Source: Lama guanicoe (Eukaryota). Taken from it: a stretch of DNA of 64,000 nt. The notes under the pieces were generated by a model. It did not search any database, was not told where the DNA came from, and was given only the letters and a program-made list of their open reading frames with translations. Below, piece by piece: positions 43,902 through 56,443 of the stretch (its first letter is position 1; each line of letters opens with the position of its first letter). The DNA is taken from contig MU056050.1 of NCBI GenBank assembly GCA_013239625.1, positions 6,587,838-6,651,837 of the forward strand. The letters are read 5' to 3'. The position numbers and the translations under genes are program-made.

Positions 43902-46900
43902 GCTTGGAAGACATCACCTTAATGCAATGAATGATCAAAGTGTCACTTTGGTGATCTTCCTACCAAAAACTTATAAACTGAATATGATCATGAGGAAACA
44001 CGTGATAAACCCAAGTTGTGGGACATTTTACAGAATAACTGGAACATTTACAGAATAATAACCCTCAAGTGTTAAGGTCATGGAAGTCAAGGAAAGAGGG
44101 AGGAACTGTTGGAGATTGAAGGACGCTAACTAGACATGACAATCAAATGCAATCCTCGGTTCTGAATTGGATTCTTTGGCTATAAAGGGTAAGATTGGCA
44201 AAACTGGCAAAACTTGAATGGAATTTGAGTGTTGGATAATAGTGATACTGGATATAGTATTAATGTTAATTTTCTGATTTAATGGTTATATTTAATTTTG
44301 TAAGAGAATGGTCTTTGCTTTTAGTAAATACACATGGAAATATTTTGAAGTGATGGGGAGACACATAAAAGGTTCAGGGAAAAAAGTTTTTTGTAGTATA
44401 CTTAAAACTTTTCTGTAAGTCTGAGGTTGTTTCAAAAAATTTTTAAAAATGCCTTGTGGGGTTTTAAAAAACACACACAATGAATTAAAATCATGACATT
44501 AACAGCACATGATAACAACCCAATTTAAAAGGGAATAAAGTGAGTAAAAGTGTTGAAAGTTCCTTATATTAAGCAGTGGTGAAAGTAAAAATTGAAGGTA
44601 GGTTTTAGTCAAGAATACATGTTGTAATTTTTTTAGATTAACAACTGAAATAGTAATAAAAGAATGTTACTAGGAAGTGGCCAAGATGGCAGAGTAGGAA
44701 GACCCTGAGCTCACCTCCTCCCACATGAAAATTACAGCTATTCACAGAGCAACTACTAATGAAAAAGACCTAAAGACTAGCAGAAAAGATCTACAACTAA
44801 AGATATAAAGAAGGAACCACAACAAGATAGGTAGAAGGGACAGAGATGCAATATAGTTAAGACCCATACCACTGGGTGGACAACCCACAAACAGGAGGAT
44901 AATAAGAATTGCAGAGGTTCTTCCCAAGGAGTGAGGGGTCTGAGCCCCACATCAGGGTCTCCATCCCAGGGATCCTGCACTGGGAAGACAAGCCCCCGGA
45001 ACATTTGGCTTTGAAGGCAAGCAGGGCTTAATTTCAGAAGGTCCAGAGGGCTGTAGGAAATAGAGATCCACTCTTAAAGGGTGAACACAAAATCTCACAT
45101 GCCCTGGGATTGAGGGTAAAAGCAATCATTTAAAAGGAGCCTGGGTCAGACCCATCTGCTGATCTTGGAGATCCTCCTGGAGAGGCAGGAGGCAACTTGA
45201 GCTCACCCTGAGGCATAGACACTGGTGGCAGCCATTTTTGAGAGCTCATTCTACCATAAGGACACTAGTACATGCAAGTGCCATTTTGGAATCCTTCTTC
45301 TAGCTTATTATTGCTAGAATCTGAGCCCATCTACCAGCCTGTCTCCACCAGTACTGGGACAACTCAGGCCAAGTTACTGGTTGAGCAGGGATACAGCCAC
45401 ATCTATCAGCAGGCTGGCTGACTTAAGATGTCTTGAGCCTACAGCTGCCCCAGGACATGGCCCCATTCACCAGAGATCCAAGGACCCAGCCCTACACACC
45501 AATGCATGAGCACTAGCTCCAGGAATCCCAGGCCCGTGCAGCCAGAGAACCTGTGAATGGCTCAGCTCACCAGTGGACCAGCACTAGCCCTAGGACAAGC
45601 CTCACCCACTAGTGGGCAGGCACTAGCTCTAGGTCCTCCTGGGCCCCAGCACCATTCTCCAGTGTGTCGACCAACCTTGGGAACTCCAGAGCCCTGTAGT
45701 CAGAGATCCTAGAACTTGGCTCCAACCATCAGTGAGCTGGAACTCACCCTAAGACATCCTGGGCCTCAGCTGCCTCCACCAGCACACTGACATCAGCTCC
45801 AGGGCACCTACGTCCTGCAGCCAGAGGCCCCAGGAACTGGCTCCACCTACTATTAGGCCAGCACTAGCCCAAAGACCTGTCCTCACCCACCAGTGGGATG
45901 GCATCAGCTGGAGGACCACCACACCCATGCAGCCTACCTTGTCAGGAACCAGCCAAACCACCAGAGCAACACCAGCTCTAGGACAACTTGGGCCCCTCAG
46001 ACAGCTGCTCTGAAATCTGGCAACACCCACAAGTGGGCTGACACTAGATCCAGTACCCTTGGGATCCCACAGCAAGCCACTTCATGACCCAGCCCCACCC
46101 ACCAGAGGCCAGCAGACTCTGCACTAGGCATAGGAGCAATTAACTAGAATAGGGGCCAGCCACATCTAGCAGACCATGCACAGTAGTCAGCCCACCACAG
46201 CAGAAGGACCCATGCAGCCCACATGGGGGGACTCCTAAAGCATGTAGCTCTGGTGGCCAGAAGTGAGTGTGCTGTTGGAACACATAGGCTGTCTTCTATA
46301 AAAGCCCACTTCTCTAAGGTCAAGAAGCATAACCAACCTACCAAATGCATGGAAATAAAAATAGCAAATTAGGTAAAATGAGGTGACAGAGGAATATGTT
46401 CCAAAAGAACAAGATAAAACCTCAGAAGAAGAACTAAGTGAAATGCAATGAGCAATCTAGCCAATAAAAAGTTCAAGGTAATCATTGTAAAGATGTTCAA
46501 AGAACTCAGGAGAAGATTAGATGAACAGAGTGAGAAGTTAGAAGTTCTGACAAAGCATTATAAAATGTAAAGAAGAACCAAACTGAGATGAAGAATACAA
46601 TAGTTGAAATAAAAAATGCACTAGAAGGACTCAATAGTGGATTAGATGATACAGAGGTACAGATCAGTGAACTGGGAGACAGAGTAGTGGAAATCACTGA
46701 AGCTGAACAGAAAAAAGAATAAAAAATAAAAAGAAATGAGGACAGTTAAGAGACCTCTGGGACAACATCAAGCATACTAACATTTACATTATAGGGCCCA
46801 AAAGGAGGAGAGAGAGAGAAAGGAGTAGAGGACATATTTGAAGACATAATAACTGAAAACTTCCCTAACCTGGGAAAGGAAACAGACATCTAGATACAGG

Positions 46901-46981
46901 AAGGAAGCACAAAGAGTCCCAAACAGGATCAAACCAAAGAAATCCACATCAAGACATGTTATAATTAAAATGCAAAAAAAT

Positions 46982-47108
46982 TCACAGAGAAAAAAATGTG
47001 ACAATGAGTGTGTATATGTCCATGAATGACTGAAAAATTGTGCTGAACACTGGAATTTGACACAACATTGTAAAATGATTATAAATCAATAAAAAATGTT
47101 TAAAAAGC
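46982..47108 (+). mobile_element. Young L1 3' stub inserted in L1 ORF1
   Basis: Matches 277-400. TSD CAAAAAAAT at 46973-46981 and 47109-47117. Confidence 0.85.
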
Positions 47109-47249
47109 CAAAAAAATAAAGATAAAGAGAGAATATTAAAAGCAACAAGGTAAAAGCAACAAGTTACACACAAGGGAACTCTCATAAGGCTATCAACTGA
47201 CTTTTCAGTAGAAACTCTGCAAGCCAGAAAGGAGTGGCATGATATATTT

Positions 47250-47312
47250 CATTTTTTAATATTTTTTATTGAGTTATAGTCGTTTTACAATGTGTCACAT
47301 TCCAGTGTAGAG
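47250..47312 (-). mobile_element. 63-bp young L1 3' stub inserted in L1 ORF1
   Basis: Perfect 14-bp TSD GGCATGATATATTT at 47236-47249 and 47313-47326. Matches 36116-36171. Confidence 0.88.
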
Positions 47313-49362
47313 GGCATGATATATTTAAAATGACGAAAGCAAAAAACTTACAACCAAGAATACTCTATCAGGCAAGACTTTCATTCAGATTTGGTGGAGA
47401 GATCAAAAGTTTGACAGACAAGCAAAAGCTAAAAGAATTCAGCACCATCAAACCAGCCTTAGAAGAAATGTTAAAAGGACTTCTCTGTGTGAAAAAGAAA
47501 AGACCACAACTAGACATATGAAAATTATAAAAGGAAAAATTCATTGGTAAGGGCAAATATACAGTAAAGGTAGTAAATCAACCATGTGTAAAGGTAGAAG
47601 AAAGGTAGTACACAAAGGTAGTAAAACCATCTATATTCATAATAAGTAGTTAAGGGATATACAAAAAAAAGATCATGTAAAATATGACATCAAAAATGTT
47701 AAATGGTGGGGAGTAAAAATGCAGAATTGTTAAAATGCATTTGAACTTAAGAAATCAATAATTTAAAAATTTCATATATATGGAGAGAGAGAGATTGCTA
47801 TAATAAGCTTCATGATAACTACAAACCAAAAATCTATAATAGATACATATACAAAAAAGAGAAGGGAATTCAAACATAACGCTAAAGATACTCATCAAAT
47901 CATAAGGGAAGAGAGCAAAAGAACAAGAAAGGAACAAAAACAACCACAAAAGAATCCCAAAACAGTTAACAAAATGGCACTAAGTATATACCTATCAATA
48001 ATCACTGTAAGAGTAAATGGACTAAATGCTCAAAAGACATAGCATGGCTGAATGGATAAAAAAACAAGACCTATATATTTGCTGCTTAAAAGAGACTCAT
48101 TTCAAATCTAAAGACAAACACAGACTGAAAGTGGGGGGATGGAAAAAAGAATTCCATGTAAATGGATACATCAAATGCTAGGCCACGAAACAAGTCTCAG
48201 TAAATTTAAGAAGATAAAAATCATATCAAGCATTTTTTTTCTGACCGTAAGGCTGAGACTAGAAATTAACTACAAGGGGAAAAAGTTGCAAAAAACACAA
48301 ACACATGGAGGCTAAACAATATGCTACTAAACAAGCAATAGGTCACTGAAGGAATCAAAGAAGAAAAATTAAAATACCTGGAGACAAATGAAAATGAAAA
48401 CACAACAATCCAAAATCTTGGGACACAGCAAAAGCAGTTCTAAGAGGGACATTTATAGTGATACAAGCCTACCTCAGGAAAAAAGAAAAATCTCAAATAA
48501 ACGACCTAACCTCACACCTGAAGGAACTAGAAAAAGAACACACAAAACCCAAGTTAGTAAAAGGAAAGAAATCAAAAAGATCAGAGCAGAAATCAATGAA
48601 ATAGAAACTAAAAATTATGAAAAAGATCAATGAAACTAAGAGCTGATTCTTTGAAAAGATAAACAAAACTAATAAACCTTTAGACAGACTCATCAAGAAA
48701 AAAAGAGAGCCTAAGCTAATAAAATCAGAAATGAAAAAGGAGAAATTACAACTGACACCATAGAAATACAAAGGATCATAAGAGATTACTATGAAAAATT
48801 ATATGCAAATAAACTAGACAACCTAGAAGAAATGGACAAATTCCTAGAAAGGTACAATCTCCCAAGACTGAACCAAGAAGAAATTGAAAATATGAACAGA
48901 TCAATTACCAGTAATGAAATTGAATTAAAAAAATTTAAAACTCCCAATAAACAAAATTCCAGGACCAGATGGCTTCACAGGCGAATTCTACCAAACATTT
49001 AAAGAAGGGTTAAAATCTGTACTTCTCAAACTATTCCAAAAAATTACAGAGAAGGAATGCTCTGAACTTATTCTGTGAGGCCAGCATCACCATGATACCA
49101 AAACAAAAGATATCACAAAAAAAGAAAATTACAGGCCAATATCACTGATGAACATAGATGTAAAACTCCTCAGCAAAACATTAACAAACCAAATTCAATA
49201 CATCAAAAAGATCATATGTGGCAGCCCATGATTGGGTTAATAAATTGTAACAGACCCCAGCCACTTGTGACCTTTAGGAAGAACAAATGTGCTTTACTAG
49301 CAAGCGCCTGTGCATCTGCACTCCTGTCTCCTTGCCATAAAAAGCAGAGACAATGCCTTGCT

Positions 49363-49510
49363 GTGATATGTCTGAGAAGCCTATGATTAGACCCTGGGTC
49401 CCTTCAGGGAAAGGGCCAGAGATTCCAGTGGAGGCGGAGTATATACAATCCTGTTTCTTAAGAATTAATTCTGAGATAGAACATAAGTCCACTGTGGAGG
49501 CATTGCTGAA
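49363..49510 (-). pseudogene. Truncated ERV dUTPase (5' part of pro)
   Basis: VDLCS...TGISGPFPEGTQGLIIG resembles betaretroviral dUTPase motifs. A GGGAAAC slippery heptamer lies upstream at 49625-49619. Confidence 0.75.
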
Positions 49511-49544
49511 GGGGTTTCTGCAGGACTGGACTGAGGAGGCTGGG

Positions 49545-51007
49545 TATTAAAGACCTGTGTTTGAGCTGACTGGGCGGGATTGCTCCACTTGGGGTTTGGG
49601 GTGTGGGAGCTGGCGCCCGTTTCCCATTTCCCAAAATCTGATTGCCATCCTTATCAAATTTAGAGCGACATTGATATGCCCAATATCTTCCTTTGCCGCA
49701 CCGAGCACAGTCTTTGTTAGGTAATTTCTGAGATGGACCTCCTTGCCCTCCCTTGTTGGACTGGTGGCATTCCTTTTGAATATGGCCAGGTTTACCACAC
49801 TTAAAGCAGGTCACAGCAGAAGGAGATCTCATTAAAGCCGCAAGGACCTGAGCATGATGGATTTCAGTTTCCACATTCTGGCAAGCCTTTATATAATCGG
49901 CTATATTTTTGTTTTGAGTTTGAATACTGGCAAGAGCTACCTGGCGATCTGCATTAGTGTTTTCATAAGCCAGCTGTTTCAAGAGCACTTTTGCTACCTC
50001 CTGATTATCTACTTGGCGAGAGATGCTCTGTTTTAAGTGATTAATAAAATCAACATAAGGTTTTGGGGCACCTTGTCAAATGGTAGCAAAGGAGCCAGTA
50101 GCAGCTCTGGTATCGGGAACCTTAGACCATGCCGTGAGGGCAATATCAGTACATTGCTTTAAAGTCAACTTATCCATATGGATCTGTTGCTGAGTATTAG
50201 TATATTGACCTGTTCCTTTAAGCATTTCTATAGATATATCAATATCAGCATTACGAGAAGTTTATAAGAGACAACCTTCATGACATTCAGAAGACCAAAC
50301 AGCAAATTGAGCAGGAGTTAAGACAGTTTTTACAAGAGCTCTCCAAACCCAAGGAGTCATAACATATGCATTTCCAACCGTATCAAGAATACTTTTAGTA
50401 AACGAACTCTGAGTCCTATTTTCCATAACACTAGTTTTTAGTTTCTTGAATACTGAGAAAGGGACAGCCTCATGCTTAATACCTTGCCCACACCCAGCAA
50501 TCACAGGGTAAGCAGGCAGCTCTCCCAAATGTAAGCTTTCTTTAAAATATTGTTGCATAGCAGTTCGCTTACAATCATACTCCTCAGTAAAGGGAGGAGG
50601 AGGCGGTGGCAGCAGCAAACTAATCTGTGAAAGAGAGGCAGATGGTGCAGGAAAGACTAGGGGTGAAGAAGTAGGAGGAGAGGAAGGGGGAGAATGGGGT
50701 TCAGGTTCAGCATAATTATTCTGTGAGGAAGAATACAAGGGACATAAGGCAGTGTGTACCAAACTTCAAGTAGTTAAAATGGAAGTGGGGATTTTCTCCC
50801 CTTGCTGATGCCTACCTTTTAAATTCTTACCAACCCATTCCCAGAGTTTCAAATCAATTGTTTAATGGTCTGGAAACCAGGGACAAATCTCCCGTAACAT
50901 TTATAACAATGTAATAAGTTGCTCTTCCGACCTGGAGCAGTGAGCTGCTTTTAGCAGCTGCTGGTGGAGAGATAGATCATTTGTTTCTTAGTTAGTTGTT
51001 GACCCAT
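49545..51007 (-). pseudogene. gag: Degenerate ERV gag (MA, proline-rich region, CA, NC)
   Basis: ATG GGT CAA (MGQ, myristoylation Gly) at 51007. MA motifs CPWFP and LWEWVG. PPPPPPPF tract. CA segment LLKQLAYENTNAD. Two zinc knuckles, CFKCGKPGHIQKEC and CARCGKGRYWAYQC. Contains stops and frameshifts; end approximate. Confidence 0.9.
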
Positions 51008-51170
51008 AGTAAGAAAATGAAAGAAAAACTAGGCTCTCGCTAAATTCTAGGCACGTTGGCAACTATCCCCAGCAGGTGTTGCTGTTCCCTTACCAGGATG
51101 CAAGTTATGGGGATCCAGATGCAGTTTCTCTCTCCAGCTGAAGTGTGCTGGTTCCGTCGCTGTGCAGCCG

Positions 51171-51188
51171 ATAATGTCAGGGTCACCA
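51171..51188 (-). promoter_or_regulatory. Primer-binding site, tRNA-Trp-like
   Basis: TGGTGACCCTGACATTAT versus the tRNA-Trp PBS TGGTGACCCCGACGTGAT: 15/18 identical. Confidence 0.8.
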
Positions 51189-51190
51189 GT

Positions 51191-51871
51191 TGTGGGTTCT
51201 GTCCAGCAGAAGTCCCACGAGACAGAATGAATTACTCGAGACTCTGTGGAAAGTCAACAGAGCGAGAGGGAGTTGGAGACCAACTCCTCGAGCCTCTCAA
51301 ACACTCCCATATTTATTGTGCACAAAGAAAAGATCACAAACAATTGTGTAATGGAATGCAGGAACTTGAGTTAAAACAGGATCGGGTAGAGATCATAAAA
51401 TCCACAATGAGTACAAAGTCTTAATTTATTTTCAGGGCAGTCACGGGAAGAGGGGAACAAGGTACATTCTTCAGATATAAGATGTTGATTACAAAACAGA
51501 CCACCAGACCAGCCAATTCCTTGTCTTAAGGGTTATAGACTATCTAAACAGCAGAAAGCATGACCAGGGTTTATGGCTGAGGGCTGGAGTTGTCACTTTG
51601 CAACGAGCAGAATAAACCCTGAACTATAAACTTATGCTTAAAACAAGTTGTGTCCTGCATTTATAGTAAGGGACACATAGTAAGGGCTTGCCATTGTGGA
51701 AGCAGCCCTAATCTAGAACCTCAACTATGCAAGCAAGGCATTGTCTCTGCTTTTTACAGCAAGGAGACAGGAGTGCACAGGTGCCTACTAGCAAAACACA
51801 TCTGTTCTTCCTAAAAGTCACAAGCAGCTGGGGTCTGTTACAATTTATTAATCCAATCATGAGCTCCCACA
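51191..51871 (-). mobile_element. ERV 5' LTR, 681 bp
   Basis: On the minus strand it starts TGTGGG and ends CCCACA. AATAAA at 51317-51312. Followed after 2 nt by a PBS. Confidence 0.88.
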
Positions 51872-54800
51872 ATCATAAACCATGATCAATTGGAATTTAT
51901 TACAGGGATGCAAGGGTGGTTCAATATCCACAAATTGATCAATGGGATACACCATATTAACAAACTGAAGACTAAAAGTCATAGATGTAGAAAAACCTTT
52001 GACAAAATTCAACATTCATTTATGATAAAAACTCTCAGCAAAGTGGGTATAGAGGAAATATACTTCAACATAATAAAGGCCATATATGACCAGCCCACAG
52101 CTAACATCATACTCAACAGTGAAAAGCTGAAAGCTTTTTTTTTTCCTCTAAGATCAGGAAAATGACAAGGATGCCCACTCTCATCACTTTTATTCAACAT
52201 AGTATTGGAAGGCCTAGCCACAACAATTAGACAAGAAAAAGAAATAAAGGAATCCAAATTGGGAAAGAAGAAATAAAACTCACTGTTTTTAGATGACATG
52301 ATACTATACATACAAAATCTTAAAGACATCATCAAAAAACTACCAGATCTCATCAATGAATTTAGTAAAGTGGCTAGATACAAAATTAACATACAGAAAT
52401 CTGTTATATTTCTATACACTAACAACAAATTATCAGAGAGAGAAATTAGGAAAATAATCCCTTTTACAATCACATTACAAAGAATAAAATGCCTAGCAAT
52501 AAACCTACCTAAGCAGGTAAAAGAACTGTACTCAGAAAACTATCAGAGACTGATGACAGAAACTAAAGAGGACTCAAACAGATGGAAAGATATATTGTGT
52601 TCATGGACTGGAAGAAGCAGTATTGTTAAAATGACTATAGCACCCAAAGCAACCTACAGATTCAATAACATCCCTGTCAAATACCAATGGCATTTTTCAC
52701 AGAAGCAGAACAAATAATTCTGAAATTGGTATGGAAAATGACCCCGAATGGCCAGTACAATCTTCAGAAGGAAGAACAAAACTGGAGGTATAACACGCCC
52801 TGCTTTCAAACTACACTACAAAGCTACAATAATCAAAACAGTATGGTACTGGCATAAAAACAGCCACATACAGCAATGGAATAGAATAGAGAGCCCAGAA
52901 ATGAACCCACACATATGGGTAATGCATCTACAACAAAGGAGTTAAGAATATACAATGGGGGAAAGACAGTCTCTTCAGTAACTGGTGTTGGGAAATTTGG
53001 ACAGCTACATGGTAAAGAATCAAACTGGACCACTTTCTCACACCATGCACAAAAATAAATTCAAAATGGATTAAAGGCTTAAAGTAAGACCTGAAAACAT
53101 AAAACTTCTAGAAAAAATATAGGCAGTATGGTCTTTGACATTAGTCTTAGTAATATTTTTTGCATATGTCTCCTCAGGCAAGGGAAACAAAAGCAAAAGT
53201 AAATAAATGGGACTGCATCAAACTAAAAAGCTTTTGCATCATGAAGGAAATTATCAACAAGATGAAAAGGTCACCTACTGAATGGTGGAAGATATTTTCA
53301 AGCAATATATCTGATGAAGGGTTAATATCCAAAATATACAAAGAACTCAAACAACTCAATATCAAAAAAATAACCTGATTAAAAAATGGGCAGAGGATCT
53401 GAATAGACGTTTTTCCAAAGAAAACATACAGCTGGTCAATAGGCACATGAAAAGATGCTCAGTATCACTTATTATCAGGGAAATGCTAATCAAAATCACA
53501 ATGAGATATCATCTCACACCTGTCAGATGGCTATTATCAAAAAGACAACAAACAACAAGTGTTGGCGAGGCACTGGAGAAAAGGGAACCCTCATGCACTG
53601 TTGATGGGAATGTAAATTGGTGAAGTTACTATGAAAAACAGTATGGAGAGCCCTCAAAAAATTAAAACTAGAGCTACCATACAATCCAGCAATTCCACTT
53701 CTGGGTATTTAGCCAATGAAAACAAAAACACTAATTAGAAAAGATATATGCACCCCTATGCTCATTGCAGAATTATTTATAATAGCAAAGATACAGAAGC
53801 CACCTAATTGCCCATCAAAAGATGAATGGGTGAAAAAGATGTGGTATACATATGCAATGGAACATTACTCAGTCATAAAAAAGAATGAAATCTTGCTATT
53901 TGTGCCAATATGGATGGACCTAGAGGGTATTATACTAAGCGAAATAAGTCAGACAGAGAAAGACAAATATTATATGATTTCACTTATATGTAAAACCTAA
54001 AAAACAAAATATATGAACAAACATAACAAAACAGATACAGTTATAAATACAGACAACAAATTGGTGGTTGCCAGAGGGGAGAGGGGCAGGAGGAGAAAAG
54101 AAATAGGTGATAGAGATTAGGAGATACAAACTTCCAGCTGCAAATAAATGAGTCACAGATATGAAATGTACAGTGTGGAGAATATAGTCAATAACTATGC
54201 AATATCATTGTATGGTGACATGACTAGACTTGGTGATCATTTTGAAATATATAGAATTAGCAAATCATTATGTTGTATGACAGGAACTAACAGTGCTGTA
54301 GGTTGATTACACTTTAAAACAAACAAACAAATGAATGAACAAACTCATAGAAAATGATTACCAGAGGTGTGGTGGGGGGAGAAGGAATTGGATGAAAGCA
54401 GTCAGAAGGTATAAACTTTCAGTTATAAGATAAATAGGTACTAACAATGTAATGTATAATGTGGTAAATATAATTAACACTGCTATATGTTATATATGAA
54501 AGTTGTTAAGAGAGTGAATCCTAAGAGTTCTCATCACACACACACAAAAGTGTTTTTTTCTATTCCTTTAATTTTGTATCTACATGAGATGATGGGTGTT
54601 CACTAAATTTATTGTGATAATAATTTCATGATGTATCCACATCAAGTCATTATGCTGTACACCTTAAACTTACACAGTGCTGTATGTCAATTATATCTCA
54701 ATAAAACTGGAAAAAATTTAAAGCTTAAAAAAGAATGTATCACTAGTAAACTAAAAGATGGAAAATAAGATAATAAAAAACATATCATACTTAGTAACTC

Positions 54801-56298
54801 AATTCCAAATAATAAAGTATGAGAAGGGGAAAAAACAGTAACTTTACAGTGGAGTAACTCAGAAGATGCCATCTCAGTCAAGGTTAATACAAGCAGTGAT
54901 AAGTCACATTGATATCATGTATCCTTTGATATGATGTGACGAGAAGGGCATTTCATCTCTGTGCCATTCTTTCTCAAAGCCCAATATCCCAGTCTAATCA
55001 CGAGAAAAACATTTAAAAAAAAAAACCAAATTGAAGGAGATTCTACTAAATACCTGACAAATTCTGCTTGAAACTGTTAAGATCAAGAAAAACAAAGACT
55101 GAGAAACTGTAACAAATCAGAGAAGACTAAGAAGACATGACAACTAAATGCAATGTGGTAGTGAGATTGGCTCCTGAAGCAGATAAAGAACATCAATGGG
55201 AAAACTAATGAAATTCAAATAAAATCTGATGTTTAGTTAACAATGTTTTTTTTAAAACTTCAACAAATGATAACATTAAAGGAATTTCAAGCTGAATGAG
55301 AAGTATATGGGATCTTTCTGTATTATCTTTGCAACTTTTCTGTAAATCTAAAATTATTTCAAAATTAAAAATGTGTTTAAAACAGGCTTCATAAATCCAA
55401 AAGTAAACAAGAAAGAGAAAAAAGGAAACAACAGATATGACAATAGGAAACAAACAGAAAGATGGCACATATAAACATAAATGTGTCAATAGTTACATTA
55501 AATATAGTAATTGGATAAATATTCCAATTAAAGATACGATCCAATTCTATGAAAAAAATCAACCATATGCTGCTAGCAAGAGACATTTTAAATGTCAGGG
55601 TACAAAAATTGTCAAAAATAAACAAACAGAAAAACAACATACCATGCAAGCAATAAATCAGGGTAACTATATGAACATCAGACAGACTAGACTTTAAGGG
55701 AACAGGCATTATAGAGATAAACAGGGACTTCGTAATGACAAGAGATTTGATTCAACAAGAAATTATAACAATCTTAAATTTGTATGTATCTAATAATACA
55801 GTAAGAAAATATATAAAAAGTGGCAGAACTAAAAGAAGAAATAAAAAAATTCACAGTTAAGTTGGGAGATTCATACATATCTCCCCCAGTAACTTGCAGA
55901 AAAGGCAGATTTTAAAAAAATCATTAGGCATATATAAGAGTTAAACAATATAACAACCAACTTAACTCAACAAATACAGAACACTCCACTCAACAACTAA
56001 AGAACATATATTCTATTCAAGTACAAATGAAACATTCATCAAAATTGACCAACTATGGCCCATAAAGCAAGTCTTAAAAAATTTCAAAGGACTGAAATCA
56101 TACAGAATATTTTACCTGACCACAGTAGAATTAAGCTAGGAATCAATAATACAAATACAGGAAAATCTCTATTTGAAAATTAGATAATGCATTTCCAAAT
56201 AACCCACGGACCAAAGGAGAAATAAATGATAACGCAAAAATAAGTTGTACAAAAACTTATGGGATGCTCTTAAAACAGTAAGAAAATTTAAAACATGA

Positions 56299-56443
56299 TA
56301 AGTAAATAAAACCCTAATTACCTCCCCCGTTGTGGAAGGGTGGTGATAGCCCAGTGGTAGAGTGCATGGTTAGCATGTACGAGGTCCCCTGGGTTCAATC
56401 CCTGGTACCTCCATTAAAATAAATAAGTAAATAAATAAATAAA
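56299..56443 (+). mobile_element. tRNA-derived SINE with permuted module order
   Basis: TSD TAAAACATGA at 56289-56298 and 56444-56453. The CCTAATTACCTCCCCC block precedes the A/B-box head. Confidence 0.8.

Larger units (their letters stand above)
41950..44673 (+). mobile_element. Older L1 fragments hosting later insertions
   Basis: L1MC-like 3'UTR pieces (42500-42745, 43480-44445); boundaries approximate. Confidence 0.6.
49217..51871 (-). mobile_element. Class II (betaretrovirus-like) ERV remnant: LTR-PBS-gag-partial dUTPase-inverted U3
   Basis: TG...CA ends. ATCATA TSD at 49211-49216 and 51872-51877. It interrupts L1 ORF2, which resumes on the other side. Confidence 0.93.
44674..54728 (+). 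mobile_element. Near full-length degenerate LINE-1 (5'UTR, ORF1 ~46378-47520, ORF2 ~47974-54000, 3'UTR), interrupted by the ERV and two L1 stubs
   Basis: CAAGATGGC (YY1-type) motif at the 5' end. ORF1 remnant NLQPRILYQARLSFRF. ORF2 remnants [17 protein letters not shown] and KTVWYWHKN. Imperfect TSD AAAAGAATGTTACTAG / AAAAGAATGTATCACTAG. Confidence 0.92.

Noticed and set aside
49611..49619. TGGCGCCCG on the plus strand, resembling a tRNA-Lys PBS
   Set aside because: Only 9 nt match, it is not next to an LTR end, and it lies antisense within the gag-pro overlap.
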